NCBI GenBank assembly: GCA_041489255.1
Contig: JBGPQV010000019.1
Location: forward strand, 1 to 59,016
Direction: 5' to 3'
From: Thermoplasmata archaeon
GTDB lineage: Archaea > Thermoplasmatota > Thermoplasmata > RBG-16-68-12 > JAFNFQ01
Length of the DNA stretch: 59,016 nucleotides
The position numbers and the translations under genes were made by a program. This document shows positions 29,417 through 38,147 of this stretch, piece by piece; position 1 is the stretch's first letter, and every line of letters begins with the position of its first letter. The notes below the pieces were generated by a model, which was given only the letters and a program-made list of their open reading frames with translations, ran no database searches and was not told where the DNA came from.

Positions 29417-32400
29417 ATGTACTCTGTGGGCGAGCCCAAGTGCGGGCTCTCGGCTAGACGAACGGACCGGCTCAAGATCGGTCTTCGCGGAACGAGGTCA
29501 GGGAACCCGGGGAAGGGCGGGGCAAGTCTCCTGCTCGCATTCCTCGTGCTGGCGGGCTGCTTCTTCACATTGATCAACGTTGTCCCTGTGAGCGTGAGTG
29601 CCTCCACATTGTATGTTGGCGGGACTGGCCCCAGCAACTTCACAACGATCCAGGCCGCCGTCGACTCCGCGAGTCCAGGAGATACGGTCTTCGTGTACAA
29701 CGGGACCTATCCTGAACAGGTCACGATCGCGAAGACGCTGTCCCTCGTTGGCGAGGGTAGCAACTTCACGACGATTGACGGATTGGGCTTGGGCACCGTC
29801 GTCCACATGGAGGCTGATTGGGTCAACATCACAGGGTTCACCGTGAAGAACAGCTCATCGGCCCGCTACTCTGCGGGGATCGAGCTGCACTGGGTCAACA
29901 ACAGCAGGATATGGGACAACAACGTCTCCTCGAACAATCAGAACGGCATCTATCTCAACCACTCGAATGGGAATACGGTCGAGAACAACGACGCGGATGA
30001 CAACGCCGGCATCCTCAGCGCCGGAATCTACCTGAGCTATTCGAACAACAACACCGTGCTCAACAACACCGCCTCGGGCAACGCACATGGCCTCCATGTC
30101 GAGTACTCCACGAACAACAGCATAACCTTGAATAACGCGTCGTCGAACCGGGACGAAGGGATTTCATTCTATTACAGCTCGAATAGCACGATAGCCAACA
30201 ACTCAATCTATGACGACACAAACAAGGGCATATTCACATTCTTTTCTGAGGGCATATTCATCGCCAACAATAGCGTTGCACTGAACTCGAATGGCATTTA
30301 TATCGAATTTTCCGGCAATTGCTCCGTGGTGAACAATCACGTCGCGAATAGCGCGGGCGCCGGCTTGGTTCTGCATGGATCTTATCACAACTTTGTCTTC
30401 AACAATACGATCAGGAACAACACACAAGACGGCATACGGGGCATGCGGTCGCACGACAACTTGATTCTGAATAATTCCTTGGATCTCAACTTGCGCGCAG
30501 CAATTGTTTTTGATTCGTCGCTTAGGGAAACCGTGACGGGCAATATCATGGGTGGTGGCGGCATCCTCATCTCGCCGCAAAGCTCAGACGGAGTGGAGAA
30601 TTGGAACTCCCACTTCATCGATGAAACCAATCTTGTCAAGGGGAATCCGGTGAGGTATTGGAAAGACGCAGTCGGGGGTACTGTCCCGCCCGGGAGCGGC
30701 CAGATCATCCTCGCGAACTGCACAGGAGTCACCGTTGAGAACCAGAACATCAGCGGTGTCGCCTCGGGGATAGAGCTGGGCTTCTCAACCTCGAACGCCG
30801 TTCAAAACCTGAATACATCGGGCAATCTGTGGGGCATCTTTGCGTTCCATTCGTACGGCACCTCGATAATGAACGTGACAGCGAATTACAATGACATGGG
30901 CGTCTATCTCTCATACTCTGATAACGCGACCATTCAAAATTCCATCACGAATCGTGACTCCGTTGGCGTCGCCGTATACTCCTCCACCTGGAGCTTCGTC
31001 TTCAACGTGAATGCATTGAACAACACGGCCACTGGCATCTTGATCAGCAACACTGACCACGGCATCGTGGCCAACAACACGTTGACCGGGAACGAGGTCG
31101 GCATCAACGGCTTCGGCAGCCGTGACACCATCATTGTCAACAACACAATATCCATGAACTCAGTGGGCATCGCCTTCATGACCACACTGCGCAATAGGAT
31201 TTTCCACAATGCGTTCCTGAACAACACCCTGGAGGCTCAGGACCTCGGCGGCAACGACTGGTGGAACGACAGCTATCCGTCAGGCGGCAACTACTGGAGC
31301 AACTACACCGGCATCGACGTCCTCCATGGTCCGAACCAGGACCTGCCCGGATCCGATGGCATCGGGGACACTCCGCAACTCATCCCCCTGGGTTCCAACC
31401 AGGACAAGTATCCCCTCATGGCGCCATTCCCGCCACCACCAAGGGCCCCGCCGACACCGCCAAGAACCCTGCAAGCCGTGGCCGGCAACGCCCAGGTGAC
31501 CTTGACGTGGGCCGCGCCCGACTGGGATGGCCTCTCTCCCGTCACCAACTACACAGTCTTCAGGGGGACCGTCTCCGGGGGAGAAACGCCTCTGATCACC
31601 CTTGGAAACGTCCTCACTCACTTGGACGCGGGGCTGACGAACGGCCAGACATACTATTACAAGGTCGCGGCGGTCAACATCGCGGGCGAGGGCGGGAAGT
31701 CGAACGAGGCGAGCGCGAGGCCGGCAACGATACCGGGGCAGCCGAACGGTCTTGCGGCGGTGCCAGCAGACAGGCAGGTCAGCCTCACGTGGTCTGCTCC
31801 AGCGAGCAATGGCGGCTCCCCGATCACCAACTACTCGATCTACAGAGGCACGACCTCTGGCGGGGAGACGCTCCTCGTCACTGTCGGCAACGTCCTCTCG
31901 CATGTCGACCCGGGTCTGACGAACGGAATCACCTACTACTACACTGTCGCGGCGATAAACGATGTTGGCCAGGGTCCGAATTCAACGGAGGCCAGCGCGA
32001 CTCCCCTGGCGGTGCCGACAGAGCCGTTGAACCTGCAGGCGGCGCCCGGCAACGGGCAGGTGACGCTCACGTGGAGCGTCCCCTTGTCGGATGGCGGCAA
32101 TCCGATCATCAATTACACCGTTTACAGGGGCATCGCACCGGGTGGTGAGTCCTATCTGGTCAAGATCGGCAATGTCCTCACCTACGATGACATCGGCCTG
32201 ATCAACGGCCAGACATACTACTATCAGGTCTCCGCGACGAACGCGGTGGGCGAGGGCGGGAAATCTAATGAAGCGAGCGCGAGGCCGGCAACGATACCGG
32301 GGCAGCCGACCGGTCTTGCGGCAGTACCAGCAGACAGGCAGGTCAGCCTCACGTGGTCTGCTCCCGCGAGCAACGGCGGCTCGCCGATCACCAATTACGC

Positions 32401-34693
32401 AATCTACAGGGGCACGACCTCCGGCGGGGAGACGCTCCTCGTCACTGTCGGCAATATCCTCTCGCACGTCGACCCGGGTCTGACGAATGGGGTCACATAC
32501 TACTACACGGTCGCGGCGATCAATAGCGTCGGCCAGGGTCCGAATTCAACGGAGGACAGTGCGACTCCTCTGGCGGTGCCGACAGAGCCACTGAACCTGC
32601 AGGCGGCTACCGGCAACGGGCAGCTGACGCTCACCTGGAGCGCACCCTTGTCGGATGGCGGCGTGCCGATCATAAACTACACGATCTACAGAGGCCTCGC
32701 GTCTGGTGGCGAGTCCTATCTGATCATGATCGGCAACGCCCTCACCTACGACGACATAGGCTTGATCAACGGCCGGACATATTACTACCAGGTCTCTGCG
32801 ACGAACGGGGTGGGCGAGGGCCCGAGGTCCGCCGAGGTGGGCGGCATCCCTGGCCAACCGCCAAGCGCGCCAATTGGACTTGCGGCATCGCCCGGCAACC
32901 GACAGGCAATCCTCACGTGGTCTCCGCCGGCGGACAACGGCGGTCTTGCGATCACGAGCTACTCCATCTACCGCGGGAACTTCTCCGGTGGCGAGACTCT
33001 TCTGATCACAGTAGGCAACATCCTCACCTACACGAACACGGGCCTGATCAACGGGCGGACGTACTACTACACGGTGAGCGCCTGGAACGCGATGGGAGAA
33101 GGAGCGAAATCGAACGAGGCGAGCACGACGCCGGCTGTGCCCCCATCCGAACCCTTCGATCTGATCGCGAATGGTGGGATCGGGCAGGTCAGCCTGCAGT
33201 GGCTGCCGCCGATAGACAACGGCGGGAGCCCGGTCACCGGCTACAGGGTCTACAAGGGGACGAGCCCTGGCGGCGAGACACTCTTGGTGACGCTTGGCAA
33301 TGTGCAGACCTATCTGGACGGCGGCCTCAACAAGGGCACGACTTATTACTATCAGGTCACGGCGCTGAACGCAGTCGGCGAGGGTCGGCGTTCTGTCGAG
33401 AGGAGTGCGACGACGGCGGCTGAACCTACGGCACCCCGGAACCCGCGGGCGGTTGCGGGTAACGGCCAGGTCAGGCTGAGCTGGTCCGCACCTTCGTTCG
33501 ATGGCGGGGCGCCGATCACCAACTACAGGATCTACAAGGGAACGAGCCCGAGCGGCGAGATATTCTTCCTGGAGCTGGGCAATGTCCTGAGCTACACCGA
33601 CGCAGGATTGACGAACGGGCAGGCATACTACTATCTAGTTTCGGCGGTGAATGCGATCGGCGAGGGCATAGCGTCTGGCGAGGTCAGCGCGACTCCCACG
33701 GCCGGTCCGAGCCCGCCTTCCGCGCCACAGAACCTGCAGGCCTTCGCAGGGAACAAGCAGGTCACGCTCACATGGGTTGCACCGGCATCCGATGGCGGTG
33801 CCCCGATCACCAGCTACCGCATCTACGCGGGCCCGGCGTCGTCCGGCAAGAGCATGGTCGCGGAGACCGGGAACCAGCTCTCCTTCGTGGACAGGGGGCT
33901 GACGAACGGCGAGATGCGCTTCTACGAGGTCGCGGCGGTGAACGCGGCGGGTGAAGGGGCGAGGTCGAACGAGGCGAGCGCGACGCCGAGGACCGTGCCG
34001 GGGCAGCCGGTAGGTCTCACGGCGGTTGCGGGGAACGGCCAGGTGACGCTGAGCTGGACCGCCCCCGCGGAAGACGGAGGTTCGGCGGTGACCGGCTACA
34101 AGGTCTACCGCGGCACCTTCTCCGGTCAGCTGACCCTGCTGACGACGCTCGGCAACGTCCTCACATACCTCGACACAGGTTTGACGAACAGTCAGGTCTA
34201 CTACTACATGGCGAAGGCGGTGAGCGCGGTCGGCGATGGCCCGGGATCGAACGTGATCAGCGCGACGCCGTCGAACCGCCCGCCGACGTGCCTGATCGAC
34301 ACCCCGTTGTACCGCTCCTCCGTATCGGGGAGTGTGACGGTGTCTGGAACTGCCTCAGACCAGGACGGGACGGTCGTCAGGGTGGAGGTCAGGATCGATG
34401 ACGGCACCTGGCAGGTGGTGAGCGGGACGACTTCGTGGTCGTACTCATGGGACACTGGCGGCGTCTCGGACGGGCAGCACAAGATATACGCGAGGTCGTT
34501 CGACGGGGACGGCTACTCGGGTCTGGCGCAGACCACGGTGACGGTGGCGAACGCCCCGCCGCAGGGGCAGAACTCGGCGTGGATGATCGGCCTGGCCATA
34601 CTCATCTTCCTTGCCCTGGTCATCTTCTACTTCCTTAAGGTCAGACCGAAGAGGCGCGAGAGAGAGGAGAAGGAGAAGCCGCCGGCCAAGTGA
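29417..34693 (+). CDS. Membrane-anchored beta-helix + 10x FN3 + Ig surface protein (paralog of 23789..29251)
   Basis: The ORF is open from 29279. ATG 29417 is preferred (after TATA ttataaata at about 29368 and GGAG). Same architecture as the paralog, with TM WMIGLAILIFLALVIFYFL and a charged tail. Confidence 0.88.
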   Translation: MYSVGEPKCGLSARRTDRLKIGLRGTRSGNPGKGGASLLLAFLVLAGCFFTLINVVPVSVSASTLYVGGTGPSNFTTIQAAVDSASPGDTVFVYNGTYPEQVTIAKTLSLVGEGSNFTTIDGLGLGTVVHMEADWVNITGFTVKNSSSARYSAGIELHWVNNSRIWDNNVSSNNQNGIYLNHSNGNTVENNDADDNAGILSAGIYLSYSNNNTVLNNTASGNAHGLHVEYSTNNSITLNNASSNRDEGISFYYSSNSTIANNSIYDDTNKGIFTFFSEGIFIANNSVALNSNGIYIEFSGNCSVVNNHVANSAGAGLVLHGSYHNFVFNNTIRNNTQDGIRGMRSHDNLILNNSLDLNLRAAIVFDSSLRETVTGNIMGGGGILISPQSSDGVENWNSHFIDETNLVKGNPVRYWKDAVGGTVPPGSGQIILANCTGVTVENQNISGVASGIELGFSTSNAVQNLNTSGNLWGIFAFHSYGTSIMNVTANYNDMGVYLSYSDNATIQNSITNRDSVGVAVYSSTWSFVFNVNALNNTATGILISNTDHGIVANNTLTGNEVGINGFGSRDTIIVNNTISMNSVGIAFMTTLRNRIFHNAFLNNTLEAQDLGGNDWWNDSYPSGGNYWSNYTGIDVLHGPNQDLPGSDGIGDTPQLIPLGSNQDKYPLMAPFPPPPRAPPTPPRTLQAVAGNAQVTLTWAAPDWDGLSPVTNYTVFRGTVSGGETPLITLGNVLTHLDAGLTNGQTYYYKVAAVNIAGEGGKSNEASARPATIPGQPNGLAAVPADRQVSLTWSAPASNGGSPITNYSIYRGTTSGGETLLVTVGNVLSHVDPGLTNGITYYYTVAAINDVGQGPNSTEASATPLAVPTEPLNLQAAPGNGQVTLTWSVPLSDGGNPIINYTVYRGIAPGGESYLVKIGNVLTYDDIGLINGQTYYYQVSATNAVGEGGKSNEASARPATIPGQPTGLAAVPADRQVSLTWSAPASNGGSPITNYAIYRGTTSGGETLLVTVGNILSHVDPGLTNGVTYYYTVAAINSVGQGPNSTEDSATPLAVPTEPLNLQAATGNGQLTLTWSAPLSDGGVPIINYTIYRGLASGGESYLIMIGNALTYDDIGLINGRTYYYQVSATNGVGEGPRSAEVGGIPGQPPSAPIGLAASPGNRQAILTWSPPADNGGLAITSYSIYRGNFSGGETLLITVGNILTYTNTGLINGRTYYYTVSAWNAMGEGAKSNEASTTPAVPPSEPFDLIANGGIGQVSLQWLPPIDNGGSPVTGYRVYKGTSPGGETLLVTLGNVQTYLDGGLNKGTTYYYQVTALNAVGEGRRSVERSATTAAEPTAPRNPRAVAGNGQVRLSWSAPSFDGGAPITNYRIYKGTSPSGEIFFLELGNVLSYTDAGLTNGQAYYYLVSAVNAIGEGIASGEVSATPTAGPSPPSAPQNLQAFAGNKQVTLTWVAPASDGGAPITSYRIYAGPASSGKSMVAETGNQLSFVDRGLTNGEMRFYEVAAVNAAGEGARSNEASATPRTVPGQPVGLTAVAGNGQVTLSWTAPAEDGGSAVTGYKVYRGTFSGQLTLLTTLGNVLTYLDTGLTNSQVYYYMAKAVSAVGDGPGSNVISATPSNRPPTCLIDTPLYRSSVSGSVTVSGTASDQDGTVVRVEVRIDDGTWQVVSGTTSWSYSWDTGGVSDGQHKIYARSFDGDGYSGLAQTTVTVANAPPQGQNSAWMIGLAILIFLALVIFYFLKVRPKRREREEKEKPPAK
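31640..32820 (+). repeat. Intragenic direct duplication of two FN3 domains, 564-bp period
   Basis: For example, ccggcaacgataccggggcagccga occurs at 31721 and 32285. The protein segments are nearly identical. Confidence 0.85.
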
Positions 34694-34712
34694 GCCCGGG
34701 GAGACGTCGAGC

Positions 34713-35195
34713 TCAAGCCCAATGCAGGACCAGTTCGATCCTAATTGACTCTCCGCAGATGGAGTAGTCGGAAGCGGCAGAGTAGCCCGAGGAGGAATCG
34801 AGCGTTCCGAGGGAGAAGACGTTCTCGAAGCCGCGATCTCCGGCAATCTCCGTCTCGAGAGAGAAGTCGTATGCTCCGGTCAGCAAACTGCGGGCGATCA
34901 TCTCAATCCTCCCGTTGCAGTCGGCGAAAGCGCTCACCTGCATGCCCTGCGAGACCAGGTACGCCTCCTCGAGCAAGTAATCCTCCACGGTGGTGTTGTT
35001 CCCGAGTGCCACCCTCCCGCCATCGCGTCCCTCGTAGAAAGCCTCCGTGAGAGTGCTCGACAGCAACGAGTCGAGACTAGCCCTCGCGTAGGCGAGCGCG
35101 GCGTCCCTCACCGCGCCCTCGTCGGGCCGCATCAGGATCAGAGAAGTCGAGAGGACAAGGCATGACGCGACGGAGATGATCATGAGGAAGAGCAT
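34713..35195 (-). CDS. Putative type IV pilin-like protein (start problematic)
   Basis: Hydrophobic N-terminus. The in-frame upstream codons read ...GQEG|FYDAMLFLMIISVAS (class III signal-like) but contain no canonical start before the TGA at 35232. Confidence 0.6.
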   Translation of the reverse strand: MLFLMIISVASCLVLSTSLILMRPDEGAVRDAALAYARASLDSLLSSTLTEAFYEGRDGGRVALGNNTTVEDYLLEEAYLVSQGMQVSAFADCNGRIEMIARSLLTGAYDFSLETEIAGDRGFENVFSLGTLDSSSGYSAASDYSICGESIRIELVLHWA

Positions 35196-35231
35196 GGCGT
35201 CGTAGAAGCCCTCCTGCCCGAACGAGTCCGT

Positions 35232-35678
35232 TCAATCCCTCCATGCCCAGAGGACGACGCGCGCGGGGCTGATGTTCCCGCCACCGCCGCGAAGGGACGC
35301 GCTCGTCACGCACGCTCCGCGATCTTGCGCTGGTGGGCCGGTCGACCAGGACCATGAGTGTCCCCCGCCATCCGCCACCGCGACGATACTGAGGCTGAAG
35401 CCGAAACCGACCCTCAGCCCCTCCCTGATCGTTGCCACGTCAAGTGCATCTAGCTTACTCTCTTCGAGCATCCCCCTCTCGCCTTTCCAGAGCACCGGGT
35501 CGAACTGAAGGAGATCCTCGCAGACCCTCCGAGCGTCCTCGTCAAGTTGTTTCTGTGCACTTCGCTCTTGGTTCGCCGCGAAGGTCGATGCCAGATCGAC
35601 GACAAGAATGCTGACCGAGATCATCGCGACCATGACGCAGAAGAGATCCTGGACGAAAGCGAACCCTCGACGGTCCAT
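35232..35678 (-). CDS. Putative type IV pilin-like protein with class III signal peptide
   Basis: MDRRG|FAFVQDLFCVMVAMISVSILVV. Divergent from the ATPase/TadC-like genes. Confidence 0.7.
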   Translation of the reverse strand: MDRRGFAFVQDLFCVMVAMISVSILVVDLASTFAANQERSAQKQLDEDARRVCEDLLQFDPVLWKGERGMLEESKLDALDVATIREGLRVGFGFSLSIVAVADGGGHSWSWSTGPPAQDRGACVTSASLRGGGGNISPARVVLWAWRD

Positions 35679-35802
35679 GCATCCAGACAAGCGCCGCCTC
35701 CGGGCAACAACCCATCGCGCGGAGTTAGTCCGCCCGGATGATACGTCCGGCTGGCACCTATATGCCTTCGCCGGCACACTCGATATGCGAGGAGCATCAG
35801 GG

Positions 35803-36357
35803 ATGTTCAACTCCTATCAGATGGACCACGCGAAAGGACTCATGATCGTGGACTGCAGCGACGCGGATGTCGACGAGCCGGACCTCAAGGACCCGAGGTG
35901 CCTCAGGGCGGTCCTCAAGAACCTGGGCAGCGAGCTGAGGGTCGAGGGCGTCGTGCTCAACCACCACAGGGAGAAGCACTACGGGCGGAGGACGCTGAAG
36001 GCCCTGCGCGAGGTCATATCGCTGTCCTCGCTCCACGACCAGCTGGCGGGCCAGGAGCCCCTGCCGAACTTCCCCGGCCTCGCGAGGAAGGAGATACAGG
36101 TGAGGTGCGGCGCATGTCAGTTCAACCCCGCGTCGCTCTTCGCCCGCCTCAAGGAATTGCTGCTCGGCGACCTGCCCCAGATAGATTTCCCGGCCTTTTC
36201 CGCGGAGTTCGCGGCGAGGGCGAGGGAACTGGAGCGTCACAGGTACAAGGGCTGTCAGCATTGCGCCGCCAGGACCGTCGCGGATCTCTCGTTCCTGCTC
36301 TCCGAGGTCGAGTCGTTCGCCGACAAGATCCTCGCACCGGGCCAGGGGAGGAAGTGA
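35803..36357 (+). CDS. Cys-rich protein translationally coupled to the pilus ATPase (possible detached N-terminal domain)
   Basis: ATG 35803 after GAGGAG. Motifs DCSD...DLKDPRCLRAVL, CGAC and CQHC. Its TGA overlaps the GTG of the next gene. Confidence 0.7.
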   Translation: MFNSYQMDHAKGLMIVDCSDADVDEPDLKDPRCLRAVLKNLGSELRVEGVVLNHHREKHYGRRTLKALREVISLSSLHDQLAGQEPLPNFPGLARKEIQVRCGACQFNPASLFARLKELLLGDLPQIDFPAFSAEFAARARELERHRYKGCQHCAARTVADLSFLLSEVESFADKILAPGQGRK

Positions 36358-38147
36358 GCGTGAGCGCGGGGGAGTCGGCCGTACAGCACTCGGTCACCGA
36401 TGCACCGGCGGAGTCCGCGATCGAATCTCTCCTGACGCGGCTGGGAAACATCGAATCGCAGAGGCTCAGGGACTCGCTGGCGATCGTGCTCGACAACGAC
36501 AGGGAGACGAAGCCGGCGTTCTCGTCGTCGTGGGTCCTGCCGATACCGCCGCCGCAGGCGCAGCTGGTGAAGAGCTATCCCATAGGCGACGCGGAGGTGA
36601 GGCTGTACCGCCTCCCCGACAGGACCGAGTCGCTCTACTTCGTCGCTCCCTTCGAGTACAGCCTCGATTCCCGCCAGCTGAAGCTGCTGTGCAAGGCGAG
36701 GGAGGAGCTCAGGGCCCTCAACCCGGGGAAGGTCGAGCTCAGGACACCCCAGGAGGCGCGCATGTACGCCGTGCAGGTCGGCGAGGGGATGCTCGCCGCC
36801 GCCTCGAGGAGAGACGAGGTCAGCGTCGGCAAGGACAAGAGCGAGGAGAAGGCGATGCTCAGGAAGCTCGCTTCGGTCCTGGCGAGGTACACGACAGGCC
36901 TGGGAGTTATCGAGATCCCCCTTGCGGACCCGAACGTCCAGGACGTCTACATCGACGCGCCGAACTCGAGGTGCCCCGTGCATCTCGTACTCGGCGCGGT
37001 GGATGGCGGGCTGAGCCAGCGCTGCGTGACGAACATCAGGCTGACGGAGGGCGACGCGGAGTCGCTCCTGTCGCGGTTCAGGTTCGAGAGCGGCCGCCCC
37101 TTCTCCGAGGCGATGCCCGTGCTCGAGACGAACCTGGACGAGTTCAAGTCCAGGGTCACCGCGATAGGGAGGCCGCTGAGCCCTCACGGCCTCGCGATGG
37201 CTCTCCGCCGGCACTCGACGGAGCCATGGACGCTGCCCCGCCTCATAGCGGCGAAGAGCCTCACGCCATTCGCGGCGGGCCTCCTCTCCTTCCTCATAGA
37301 CGGGCGCTGCACGATCCTCGTGGCGGGGAGCAGGGGCGCGGGGAAGACGTCGCTCCTCGGCGCGCTCATGCTCGAGCTGCCGCAGAGCCAGAGGATCCTG
37401 ACCATCGAGGACACGCTGGAGCTGCCGACGACGCAGATGCAGATGCTAGGCTACAAGGTGCAGAACCTGTTCGTGCAGAGCTCCCTGGGCGGCCTGGGCG
37501 AGATGACCGCGGACGAGGCGCTCCGCGTCTCCCTGAGGCTAGGCGAGAGCGCTCTCGTGCTCGGCGAGGTCAGGGGCCAGGAGGCGAGGACTCTCTACGA
37601 GGCGATGAGGGCGGGGACGGCGGGGAGCTCGGTCCTCGGCACGATACACGGCAACTCATCCAAGGCGGTGTACGAGAGGATAGTGCATGACATGGGGATC
37701 CCCCCGATGGCCTTCGCGGCGACGGACGTCATCGTGATCGCAGGTCTCGCGAGGCCTGGCGGGACGCAGAGGCAGCTTCGCCGCGTGACGGAGATCACCG
37801 AGCTGGCGAAGTCGAGGGGACCGGGCGAGTTCTCGCCGCTCATGACATACGAACCGAAGGTGGATGAGCTCAGGGGGGTCGACAGGGTCCTCTGGAACTC
37901 GGAGAAGATCTCCTCGATAGCGGCTCAGTGGGGTCTCTCCACGGAGGAGACGATGGAGAACATACGCATCAGGGGGGAATGCAAGAGGAGGGTCGTCGCC
38001 GAGTCTGTCAGGCGCGCGGACCCGAGCTTGCTCGGCGCGAGGTTCGTCGCCGCCGCGAACTCGAAGTACTGGTCGCTAGTCGAGTCCGGTCTGGCGGGAG
38101 ACGTGCTGCTCTCGGAGTGGACCAGTTGGCTGGCGGGGGGCTGGTGA
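36354..38147 (+). CDS. Type II/IV secretion (VirB11/CpaF/FlaI-like) pilus assembly ATPase
   Basis: Walker A GSRGAGKT, Asp box TIEDTLE, Walker B LVLGEVRG, His box GTIHG. GTG start at 36354 after GGAGG. Confidence 0.92.
   Translation: MSVSAGESAVQHSVTDAPAESAIESLLTRLGNIESQRLRDSLAIVLDNDRETKPAFSSSWVLPIPPPQAQLVKSYPIGDAEVRLYRLPDRTESLYFVAPFEYSLDSRQLKLLCKAREELRALNPGKVELRTPQEARMYAVQVGEGMLAAASRRDEVSVGKDKSEEKAMLRKLASVLARYTTGLGVIEIPLADPNVQDVYIDAPNSRCPVHLVLGAVDGGLSQRCVTNIRLTEGDAESLLSRFRFESGRPFSEAMPVLETNLDEFKSRVTAIGRPLSPHGLAMALRRHSTEPWTLPRLIAAKSLTPFAAGLLSFLIDGRCTILVAGSRGAGKTSLLGALMLELPQSQRILTIEDTLELPTTQMQMLGYKVQNLFVQSSLGGLGEMTADEALRVSLRLGESALVLGEVRGQEARTLYEAMRAGTAGSSVLGTIHGNSSKAVYERIVHDMGIPPMAFAATDVIVIAGLARPGGTQRQLRRVTEITELAKSRGPGEFSPLMTYEPKVDELRGVDRVLWNSEKISSIAAQWGLSTEETMENIRIRGECKRRVVAESVRRADPSLLGARFVAAANSKYWSLVESGLAGDVLLSEWTSWLAGGW

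Noticed and set aside
31640-32820. Diversity-generating retroelement template/variable repeat pair
   Set aside because: Both copies are in-frame FN3 domains, differences are mostly synonymous and not adenine-specific, and there is no reverse transcriptase in the window.
35898-36353. N-terminal extension of the ATPase ORF
   Set aside because: It overlaps the better-coding 35803..36357 gene. A GTG start with an SD at 36354 fits translational coupling.
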